Shown piece after piece: positions 1 through 9,962 of a DNA stretch of 60,269 nt. A program made the position numbers and the translations under genes. Positions within the stretch are counted from its first letter, which is position 1. Every line of letters begins with the position of its first letter. The stretch spans positions 1-60,269 of the forward strand of contig JYFJ02002245.1 of NCBI GenBank assembly GCA_000934665.2, given 5' to 3'. This DNA comes from Catajapyx aquilonaris (taxonomy: Eukaryota). Below the pieces are notes generated by a model, which had not been told where the DNA came from, made no database searches, and worked only from the letters and a program-made list of their open reading frames with translations.

Positions 1-257
1 CTACATTCTACATTTACTGCACAACCTTCAATTTTTCATTACATACTTTTGCTGGATTTTGGAGGTGCATTGTGTACTCTCTTACAATATGACATCCTTA
101 GTGTGTTGCTTGGACTTCATGTATACATGCAATGCTCCATGTTACAGGTATGCCGACATTGTATAGCCATAATTATTGCAAAGATTACTACCAAATCAAT
201 GGGTCACTCCTATGGAAAAGTATTTCATAACCCGAGCAACGCCGGGTATCCTGCTAG
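1..257 (+). mobile_element. Helitron 3' end (same family as 23791-26129), 5' part outside the window
   Basis: Ends in the hairpin CCCGAGCAACGCCGGG followed by ...CTAG|T at 254-258. Bases 1-257 match the reverse complement of about 23791-24040. Confidence 0.8.
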
Positions 258-329
258 TATACTAAATACTAAACGTAATATATGCAATTCTGTACAAGGA
301 AAAGTTCGTCATGCCAATTTCATGTGCCA

Positions 330-522
330 AATTTATACCCATTTCCTACCTAGTTCGTACCCATTTCGTAACCATTTTGTACCCATTTTATGGCAGTTCT
401 GTTCTAATTTCGTACATGTTTTACACCAATTCTGTACCCATTTCGTACCTATACCAATTGTGTACTAATTTCGTACATATGTTACACCCTTTTCGTACCT
501 AGTTCATACCCATTTCGTACCC
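330..522. repeat. Degenerate tandem repeat with a CCCATTTCGTAC-like unit
   Basis: Recurrent acccatttcgtac / accaattctgtac motifs. Confidence 0.7.
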
Positions 523-705
523 ACGATGCACTGTCACATATTTTTATCGTTTCTGCTTACCTTTTCCTTGCAATGAAATGGGAGTTATTTGATTAAATAT
601 TGTGCACACATTAGGCGTGTATGTTTCTGACATTATTAATTGACTTCATTGCATTGTTACAAGGGTTCGTGGTAGTGATGCTAAAACGTGCTCTGTGGTT
701 TTCAG

Positions 706-3166
706 TCCAGGAGGTTCAACAGGAAGGGAAGAAGGCGATTGATTCACCTGGAGGTCCGCTGGCCCCCGACTTGCCCCCGGAGGAGTATGAGCTCGGTGAG
801 AGGGAATTAATCCGTGTGTTTACATGCGAGCGATTTGATCAGGGATGTGCAGCGATGTCGAGTGATGAGACCAATTGTTTGGGGGCATATTGGTTACCGA
901 GGTTGTTACTTTCACTCAGCGATGCCATTGCTGATCGAATCGCAGCTTTATGCAGCTTGTAGGGTCGTATTTAATGGTTATTATTTTTTAGAGGAGAATG
1001 AGGAGAGGTCTATGATTGAGCCGAGGTCATTCGAGCACCCGAGGTTGAAGGAGCTGATCGACGTGCTGATCGAGTGGATCAACGATGAGCTGGCCAGCCA
1101 ACGGATCATTGTTAAGGACATTGACGAGGACTTGTACGACGGGCAGGTGCTGCAGAAGCTACTCGGTTTGTTGCGTCAGTGCGGCTTGATTATTACTCTG
1201 CGCTAACACCTGTCGCTTGCAGAAAAGCTGACGGAGAGCAAGATTGACGTGCCGGAAGTGACCCAGTCGGAGGAAGGGCAGCTGCAGAAGCTGGAGGTTG
1301 TTTTGGGGGTGGCCAACCAGATCCTGGGGCTCCCGCCGCAGTGGGCCACACTGTCACGCCGCAGCGGACGGACGGGGACCCCGACCCACCCGCCCACCCG
1401 CTACCACGCTGCGGGGCCTGCTGGGGCCCAGGGCCCCAAGTGGTCGGTGGAGAGCATCCACTCGAAGAGCGTGGTGGCCATCCTACACCTGCTGGTGGCG
1501 CTGGCCAGGCACTTCAGGGCCCCCGTGCGCCTCCCCGAGAACGTGAGCGTGCGGGTGGTCATCGTGCGGAAGAAGGACGGCGTCCTGTCCCACCACACCA
1601 TCACCGAGGAGATCACCTCCATGTACGACGACTTGGGAATGAGGTGCGAACGGGACGCTTTCGACACCCTCTTCGATCATGCTCCGGACAAGCTGCAGGT
1701 CGTCAAGAAGGTAGGCGCAATTTCTTTGTAACCTGTTGCCATGGACATACGGTTGCCATGTTCAGACACACTTGCCATGGACATACAACTACTATTGTCA
1801 GATGTAGACAACTGTTGCCATGTTCAGACACTGTCATATGTACAGACAGCTGTTGCCATGGACAAAACTGTTGCCATGTTCAGACACTGTCGTCATATGT
1901 ACAGACAGCTGTTGCCATGGACAAAACTGTTGCCATGGACAGTGTTGCCATGCACAGACAAACCACTGTTGCCATGCGCAGGCAGACTAGTGTTGCTATG
2001 GACCAAAAACAACTTGTCATAGGACAGACAACAGTTGTCATGTACAAACCGTTGCCATGGTCAGACAGACTTTTGTAATGGACAGACTAGTGTTGCCATG
2101 GACCGAAAAAAACAGCTGTTGCCATGCACAAACAACTTGTCATGCACAAACCATTGCCATGCACAGAAACAGTTGTTTGTGCATAGCAACAGTTGTCTCT
2201 GTTGCCATGGAACGAACATTGCCATGCACAAACAACAATTATTGCCGACTGTTGCCATGGACAAACAAACAACTATTTCTGTGGACACACGACTGTTGCC
2301 ATGCGGACTAGTGTTGACATGCACAGACAAACCACTGTTGCCATGATAAGGCAAACGGTTGCCATGCACAGACTAGTGTTGCCATGGACCAAAAACAACT
2401 TGTCATGGACACAAAATAACTGTTGCTATGCACAAACCATTGCCATGGACAGACATGCTAGTGTTGCCATGCACAGGCCGGGTAGTGTTGCCATGCACAG
2501 GCCGGGTAGTGTTGCCATGCACAGACAAAACTGTCGCCACGGACAGACAGCAGTGTTGCTATGGTCAGGCTAACAACTTTCCATGCACAGACAAACCGCT
2601 GTTGCAGTGATATGAAAACAGTTGCCATGCACAAACAAACAGCTGTTGACATGTCACAGACCCATTGCCATGGACAGACAAACTTTGCCTTTTATATATT
2701 ATACTTGTATAAATTGATTTCCAAGTGTGTCTAACTAACCCCGTCTTTTTTTTTCCCCTTCCGCGTCAGTCCCTGGTGACCTTCGTGAACAAGCACCTGA
2801 ACAAGGTCAACCTGGAGGTCACTGACCTGGACTCCCAGTTCAGCGACGGGCTGTACCTGGTCCTCCTGATGGGCCTTCTGGAGGGCTACTTCGTCCCGCT
2901 GTACGACTTCCACCTCACCCCGAAGGACTTCGAGAGCAAGGTCCACAACGTCCAGTTCTCATTCGAGCTCATGCAGGACGCGGGGCTCGCCAGGCCAAAG
3001 GCCAGGCCCGAAGGTCAGCTTACATCCCCCTCTCTACGTACCTATCGCTTTGTGGCAAGTCAACACTAATTGAAAGCGTGTCCTTGCAGATATCGTCAAC
3101 ACTGATCTGAAGTCAACCCTGCGTGTCCTGTACAACTTGTTCACCAAGTACAAGAACATCAGCTAA
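706..3166 (+). CDS. parvin: Parvin (two calponin-homology domains), 5'-partial; exons 706-795, 992-1165, 1223-1710, 2770-3013, 3090-3166
   Basis: Spliced translation gives EENEERSMIEP, WINDEL, DLYDGQVLQKLLEKL, KWSVESIH, ERDAFDTLFDHAPDKLQVVKKSL, LLMGLLEGYFVPL and DIVNTDLKSTLRVLYNLFTKYK. All introns are GT-AG and in phase. AATAAA at 3388. Confidence 0.95.
1733..2690. repeat. Degenerate minisatellite built on GTTGCCATG(G/C)ACA, filling a parvin intron
   Basis: Dozens of gttgccatg cores with variable spacers. Explains the repetitive spurious ORFs here. Confidence 0.9.
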
Positions 3167-3904
3167 ATGTTTACCTCCCCAACTATCTGTTAATTATCTA
3201 ATGTACATTTCGCGCTACTTTAACAATACTGCAACCGGCGTTCCGACGTCATAACATTAACGAGCAATTGACGGATATTTAACTGCCAACATTTTAATAG
3301 TATAGCGGCTGCTAATATATTTTTTAAGTGTGACACTAATTGTCGCGAACGTGCCTTGCCAGTTCATAAATTGTCTATGTACATGAAAATAAATTGTTCA
3401 TTACAAAGTGTAGCGTGTCATTTTTTTTCCGGGCCGAACTTGAATTTGCTTAGTAATTCCGCGTCGGTTTCAATTGTTATCGTGTTTCATAACTTGCAAT
3501 TTAGTTATAATTCTGGCGCCAATCGAATGTAAATCCGATGCCTGTCACTTCGGGTGTGTTCATGCCGACGACTTTATTCGGAGTTTGGCTTATGAAAAAT
3601 GGGCAGGGCCGGAAATCAAAATACGTGGCACATGTGTTACAATATAGAGGTTTAATTATCCGTTTCAACAGTACATAAACTTTTCCCTTTATTTCGGAGC
3701 AGGCGGTTGAACCGCTCCAAACCCTGTTACGGTTATGCAATCTTACAACAATTAAGACGAGTACGGTCCGAAGTGTACGAACATGATTACACGAGACAAG
3801 GCGGATGAATTTTTCCGCCACAATGTCCATCGATACGGAATGACGTTCAACGACAATACGGACAGTTCCAGTAATTCCAGTGGACCTGACGTGACTTGTT
3901 CTCA

Positions 3905-5193
3905 TTACCAGCTGCAGACCATTACGTCCAGGTGTGGCATCATGCGGCGTATGCGCTTCACTTTAATTTGCTGGCATCCGACCAGCTTGAGCCACTGCAG
4001 ATTCTTGCAGTTTGAAGCCATGTTCAGCAGGCCGCGTGTCGTTACCTTCGAAGTGTGAGTGCAGCCGAAGTAACGCAGCTCTGGGCAGCTTGACTCGATG
4101 GCGGTGAGGCAGGTGTCGTCCAGATTCGTGCACCAGCACAGCTCCAGCTTCTCCAGTCGGCCCACCGTCTGCTTCATGGACAGGAATGTATGGAAATCTT
4201 CGAGTGCGAGTTGATCCAGCGCACCGACTGACAGTGATTGGAGGTTCCGCTGGGTGCTGATGACTTCCAGGAACATCATCGGAGGAAGGCTGGTCTTAAT
4301 CTGAAATTCCAGGTCGTTCAGATTGGGGCATTGCAGAAGGAGAGGGAACGCAGCGGGCGTGTAGAACTCGGAGATGCTCAGCTTCTGCAGATGTGGTCCG
4401 CAGTTGTTGACGACGACCGTCACGTCCTGATCCAGCTGCGCCATTGACAGGGACAGCGTGACGTGGCTGATCATCGGCCATTTCCGCTTCAACTTTGGGT
4501 CGACTTGCAATCCGCAATTGAAGATCACCTTCAAGTCGATAATCTCCAGCGACTTGCAGCGTCGAAACGCATCCAACGGGTGCTTCACCGGCTTAGGCGG
4601 AAGAAACACATACTCCATACCCAGCATCTTCAGACTCTTGCATCTGTAACAAGTACTTGTTCGCTCACCGTTTTACACCCCGAGAAATTATGTACCTTCG
4701 AGCGACATGCTCCAGCGTTGCGTTTGATGTAATAGCAACTTTTTTCATTAGCAGCACCTGCAGACTGGGTCGATGCGACGCGAGCTCCAGAAGTTCGTCC
4801 ACGTGCTTCCAGTACTTTAGCCGTACTTTCCGCAGCTGCGTCATGCCGTGGAGCAAATGGATCGCCTTTGCCGGCAGCATGCAGCGGCCGTTCAGCTCAA
4901 CGGAGCGCCACAGACGGGGATCCTCGGACAGCCGTTTCCATCTGGCGCAAACCGGAGCCGCTCCGACCATCAGATCACGTTTGGGCAGAAATGTAAAGAC
5001 CGCAAGTAACATCTCCTCCGGAAACATGTTGATGATGTCTGCCGATGCCTGCGGTACACACGTTCAGAAGTCGTACGTAACGTTTAATTATTGCGAAGTT
5101 GCTAACCTCAGTACTAATACTGGTGATTTCTTCCGGCCCTTCAAATTCCAACCGATGAAGCTCCCAGTCCTTCTCGTTCAGCCTGTAATTTAT
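3905..5193 (-). CDS. F-box/LRR-repeat protein (FBXL-like), single copy; exons about 5193-5107, 5048-4696, 4643-3905; start uncertain
   Basis: F-box motif FPEEMLLAVFTFL...VCARWKRLSEDPRLW. Cys-containing LRRs (LEKLELCWCTNLDD, LQWLKLVGCQQI). GT-AG introns at 5106-5049 and 4695-4644 keep the frame. Confidence 0.85.
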
Positions 5194-5483
5194 CTGTAAG
5201 CAGAAATGTGTGCCGTATGTATTAAGCAACTGACGCAATTCGTGCCCCGATTTCATCTCCGCATAGATAATAACTCAAGATTGCATTAATCCGCCCCCTT
5301 TTTGTTATTCAAATGCCCTCAAAGGTTAAGTCAAAGGCAAATGTCCGACGCATCTTGAAACGGGAAAAACTGAAAAAGGTCCGGAGATTATAGCAGCCGC
5401 GGTTATAACGGGTCGATTCAGCTCCAGCCCACACAAAAAAAGAAAAGGTCTAAGAATATCACGAGCAGAACCACAAAGGATCA

Positions 5484-5584
5484 TGTCATGGCAACGGTCG
5501 TCCTGGCAACTGTCGTCATGGCAACTGTCGCCATGACAACGGTCGCCATGGCAACTGTCGTCATGGCAACTGTTGTCATGGTCA
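5484..5584. repeat. Short 15-bp tandem repeat with CATGGCAAC core
   Basis: catggcaacggtcgt / catggcaactgtcgt units. The core is the reverse complement of the parvin-intron repeat core. Confidence 0.75.
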
Positions 5585-6509
5585 CCCCCCCCCCCCTTTT
5601 TTTTTGTCTTCAGCTTGGGGTCAGAGCGATGCGCAGATGAGCATTTGGAGTATATTCATTATATTTGTACAGGATGTTATACCTGTATTGTATGGCTCGT
5701 TATGGTTATTAAGTCGGCATGATAATTATGGTTTACAGTGCGCTTTCACCTCTGTTAATAAAGAAGAAAAGTCTGCAACGAGACACTCGTGCAAAGTGTT
5801 CAGTGGCGGCAGTATGAGTTGCTTACCCTCACTGGGTGTTGGAACCACCGGTAGCGTGGCATTGCGGGCACCAAGCGTACAACTTTTTGGGGTATATACG
5901 GAGCAGCAGCAGCCACAAAGCGGCACCGCTTTAGTCGGCTGGCAGCAAAGCAACAGGCTGCACGGTGAGCTGAAAAGTGCGGCCCACTTATCCCTGCCGC
6001 CACCCTTGCAGGATAGACCTGGAGGAAGCTTCCACTTTGTCCAGCCACTCTATCCGGATGGGGGTGTCCACACACTCTTGTGCAGCAGATCCCAACCCCA
6101 CCCATCACCCTCAGCCGGGGTGGGGGAGGGGGATATCGCTATAGCAACATATGCCCCCCGCTAGAATCGATCCAAAGAAGAGCAACAAGTCTGTAGAGAG
6201 CAGCATCCGGGTTGGGGTTGTTTGTGTAATCATAATAGGGGGGCTGCTGGACCGCTCCCCCAACCTGATGATCCCAGACAGAATATCGATCGGGAAGAGA
6301 CATTATGGCGGCCTCAGATCGCGAGGAATCTGATATTAAAATCGCGATTTAATCCCAATTAAGATCGATCGAAAATGAGTCTTTCCCGCCCACGTTTTTT
6401 GAAATGTCCCGCGTAGATCAGGGTTGCCAACACGGGGATTTTTTTTTTTTTTTTTTTTGTAAAAATAATTTGAAAACCAGATACAGTACTGTATAGTTAG
6501 GTCGAAAGG

Positions 6510-7095
6510 TGTTTGGGCTGTCTGTTCGTTTGTTTGTCCATTTCACAGGTACTGTCTGCCTGTCAGTTTGTTTTATCATATTTTAATCAGTTTGCTTGTT
6601 TATACTGTATACATTTTTTAATGTTTGTTTATTAATTTTTTCAGGTTGTTTATCTATTTGTTTACTTATTTATTTATCTCTTTGTTCATTAGTTTGTTCA
6701 GGTTAGGTTTGTGTCATTTTTTATGTCTGTTTTCAAGTTGTTTTGTTTGTTTATCTGTTCATCAGTTGGTTTTTTCAGGTTGTTAATGTTTATTTGATTT
6801 TTTTTTATCTCTTTGTTTATTTATCTATCCATTTTGTCTGTATATTTTTCAGATTGTTTGTTTGTTTATTTATCTGTGTTTTTGTCTGTTTATCAGTTTG
6901 TTTTTCGGGACTTGCTTTTTAAAATGTTTGTTTGTTTTATACCCGTTTTTGTACCCAATTCACAAATTTCTTTAGGCAAAGTTGTCTGCTTGTTTGTCCA
7001 CCGTTTCATGCCCATCTCTAAACACGGGCAAGTTTGTTCGTTTGTTTGTCCAGGTTCAGCTGCCGTGAAATATCATGATGATGATGATGATAATT
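6510..7095. repeat. Low-complexity T-rich (TTTG/TTTA) tract ending in (GAT)n
   Basis: Visible composition bias. Confidence 0.7.
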
Positions 7096-7198
7096 AAACT
7101 TTCAGATTGATTGCGGCCCTTTATTTTGTGACTATTTACACAGTCTGACGGTGGCTGGGTCATTTCCAGAGCATTGCGGACATGTCGATGCGACTAGA

Positions 7199-7954
7199 CT
7201 AGTGGCAATGGGACTTCTTCAGGTGCTTCTTCAGAGCCCTTTTGAATCTGAAGGGCCTCTTGCAGGTCCTGCAGGTGTGGAGGACCACTCCGGGATGGTT
7301 CTTCCTGACGTGGTAGTCCAGGATGTGTTCCTTGGCGTAGGACTTCCCGCAGGTCTTGCAGCTATGGTGAGGCGTGCCAGGATGGTCCCTCATGTGATCG
7401 TTCAGCTTCTTTGGACTGTCGAACAGCCTGTTGCACAAGGTGCACGAAAAGCAGCACCAAATGTTGCTGGAATTTATGATGTGATTGCTCTTATGCTGGA
7501 TCAACTCGTCGGCGGTGGATGACTGCTCGTTACAGAACTCGCATTTGTAGCGATTCCACTGGCCATGGCCGCTCTTGTGCGTAGTCAGTTCGTCCTCGCT
7601 GCTGAACGACTCGTAGCAAACGTTGCATAGAAGCGGGCGTTCCTTCAAGTGCGACTTCATGTGCCAGGTTAAGGCGATACCGTTCGTAAGCATCTCGTTA
7701 CACAGCTTGCACTTGAACATGATTAGATGTAGGCCCCCATCCGGCTTATCAACGGCGGTGTCCTCCGCAGCTTCTGTGTCCACCAGCTGCGTCTTCCAGT
7801 CCTCCTCGACTGTCACCTCCTCCACCTTCAGCTGGAACATGCCTGGCTCCACCTTCAGCTGGAACGTCGTGGCTGGCTCCTCCTTCACCTGACTGATCCA
7901 TTCAGCCTCGAAGCAATGTTCCTCCACTTCTTGCTTCACCTGCACTCCACACAT
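7199..7954 (-). CDS. C2H2 zinc-finger protein (about 6 fingers) with acidic KxE-rich N-terminus
   Basis: CxxC...HxxxH units such as CKLCNEMLTNGIALTWHMKSH and CKTCGKSYAKEHILDYHVRKNH. Acceptor-like ttttccag just upstream of the ATG. Confidence 0.9.
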   Translation of the reverse strand: MCGVQVKQEVEEHCFEAEWISQVKEEPATTFQLKVEPGMFQLKVEEVTVEEDWKTQLVDTEAAEDTAVDKPDGGLHLIMFKCKLCNEMLTNGIALTWHMKSHLKERPLLCNVCYESFSSEDELTTHKSGHGQWNRYKCEFCNEQSSTADELIQHKSNHIINSSNIWCCFSCTLCNRLFDSPKKLNDHMRDHPGTPHHSCKTCGKSYAKEHILDYHVRKNHPGVVLHTCRTCKRPFRFKRALKKHLKKSHCH

Positions 7955-8519
7955 TGCGGCTGGAAAAAGAGGTCACAATGTTACTAGTCGTGTTACGGTG
8001 TCCTCCCAAATTAAACCAGTGCCGGCCGTACCTGCCATTCCCACGGTGCAAGTCGAGTTCCTTCCCAGACCAACAAGGGTGGCTGCGTGGACCTGCTCCT
8101 GACTTATTTAGAGCCAAAAAAGCCGGACAATAAAGAGACTCAACCTGTATCGATCAGCAGATGATGAAAGTATCGGAATATCGATATTTTAGTCCAAATT
8201 CGATACCTGACTGATATATCGTCAATTCTATTGTTGCGTTGTTGCATTGTTGCATTGTTGAAGGCCTGAGTGTACTTTCGTATGATTTAAGCAGCAGGTG
8301 TACTAACCAGGTTTCTTTGTTGTGCGCGGTGGCAACAATAATGTGGATATCGATATTTACAGCCGAGACGCGATGCGCATAATCGAATTTAGTCGCGTAT
8401 CGAAACATCACATATTATATTTTTAGAAATTTCCACATAAAATTGAATGTAATATGAAAATGTATGGAACATAAAAATATTGTTCAATTATTAATAAAAG
8501 TGTATGACTTAAAAAAATT

Positions 8520-8860
8520 GTGTTCAAGTATGTATCGACATTTGTATCGATACACGACAGGTAATTACATATCGACTTTCGATACTCAGAAAATATCGAA
8601 GTCGATATATCGAATATCGACATCGAAAAATATCGAAAATCGACAAATCGCGATATTCGATACATCGCCAAGCGTCGGCAGCTTCGATATTAGGGAAATA
8701 TCGAATCGAGGTCTATATATCGAATATCGACATCGAAAAATATCGAAAATCGACAAATCGCGATATTCGATACATCGCCAAGCGTCGGATATCGTAGCTT
8801 CGATATTAGGAAAAATATCGTATCGACAGTCGATGTATCGAAATATCGCACAGCCCTAGG
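8520..8860. repeat. TCGA-rich tandem repeat / non-autonomous element end
   Basis: Two near-identical copies of cgaatatcgacatcgaaaaatatcgaaaatcgacaaatcgcgatattcgatacatcgccaagcgtcgg. Ends in gcacagcccta. Confidence 0.65.
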
Positions 8861-8879
8861 TATTGATACATGTATCGAT

Positions 8880-9285
8880 ATGAGTGTTTTTCCATTCGAT
8901 TTGAGTTAAAAGTAAACTCTCTGCGGCGATAAATTCACTTAAAAATAGCATTCTTTCTTGCGAAATATTATTGCTCGCCTCGCTTGTATATTTGAGTGAA
9001 AAATCACTCGATCACCAGTCGAGTGAAATATTTTCACTCAAAACTGAGCCATCATTTCACTCAAATTGAGTGAAATTTCCGGCTCAATTTGAGTGAAATG
9101 GCCACTCAGAATCGAGCGAAAAACCACTCAAATTGAGTGAAAATGGATTTCACTCACTGAAAGATAGTAGCCCCACACTCATTCTCACTCTTCTTTCGAG
9201 TAATTTTCCACTCGATTTGAGTGCGGAGCGGAGAAATTTCACTCAAAAAAAGATTGATCATTTCTTGTGTGAAATTTTCACTTGA
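8880..9285. repeat. Dispersed inverted/direct TTGAGTGAAA - TTTCACTCAA repeat
   Basis: Many copies of the motif in both orientations. Confidence 0.65.
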
Positions 9286-9962
9286 ATTTTTTAATATACA
9301 GAGATACATGTGCCCTGTATTCCTGCTGCCCTGTGTGCATGGTATACATGTTTACGTATAGCGAAGCAATAACCTCGAATAATTGGCATTCCATCACAAT
9401 TGCGATTGACGTAGGTCATTCTAATTTCGTGACTGTTCGTATCCCCGCAGATCAAGCCCCACCTTATGGCATGTGGATAAATCAACAAATAGATTCGGAA
9501 ACAATTAATGCGGATCGATTGCACCTGTTGGGTCCATACAATCAGAGAAATAATCAAAAGGTTATTACGCTCGTTAAATAGGCACAACATGCACCATTGA
9601 TCTGTTGGAACAGCCAACGCTCTTGGAGTGTGGATGTGTGGTGCGGTGTCCTCGGATATAGTAGACCAAGAGTAGGCTCATTGGTCCGTATTTCATGGAG
9701 GGCAATTTAAATGGCGTTAAATACGTTCTTGACACACATTTTGCCAGAACTATATTGGGACAATGTGGTATCAACATAATTATGACGGGTGTCCGGCACA
9801 CAACGCACGTGTGGCTCGAGCGACATTAGGCGGTGATACCTGTCCACGGTCAGACGGACGGACATATATAGCCGTTCTAGAAGACCTTTTTTTTCGATGA
9901 GAAAAAGTTTAAAATTAATATGTGATCTGCTTGTGTCTAATTCGCAGAGGCAAATGCAACTC

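Noticed and set aside
1341..2652. Multiple Cys/His-rich ORFs
   Set aside because: They are translations of the intronic minisatellite or alternative frames of parvin.
1733..2690. CRISPR-like repeat/spacer appearance
   Set aside because: Degenerate short cores with related spacers, inside a eukaryotic intron, with no cas genes.
5604..6333. 186-aa and 60-aa ORFs
   Set aside because: No recognisable motif or supported exon structure.
8423..8859. ORFs over the TCGA-rich repeat
   Set aside because: Repeat-derived translations.
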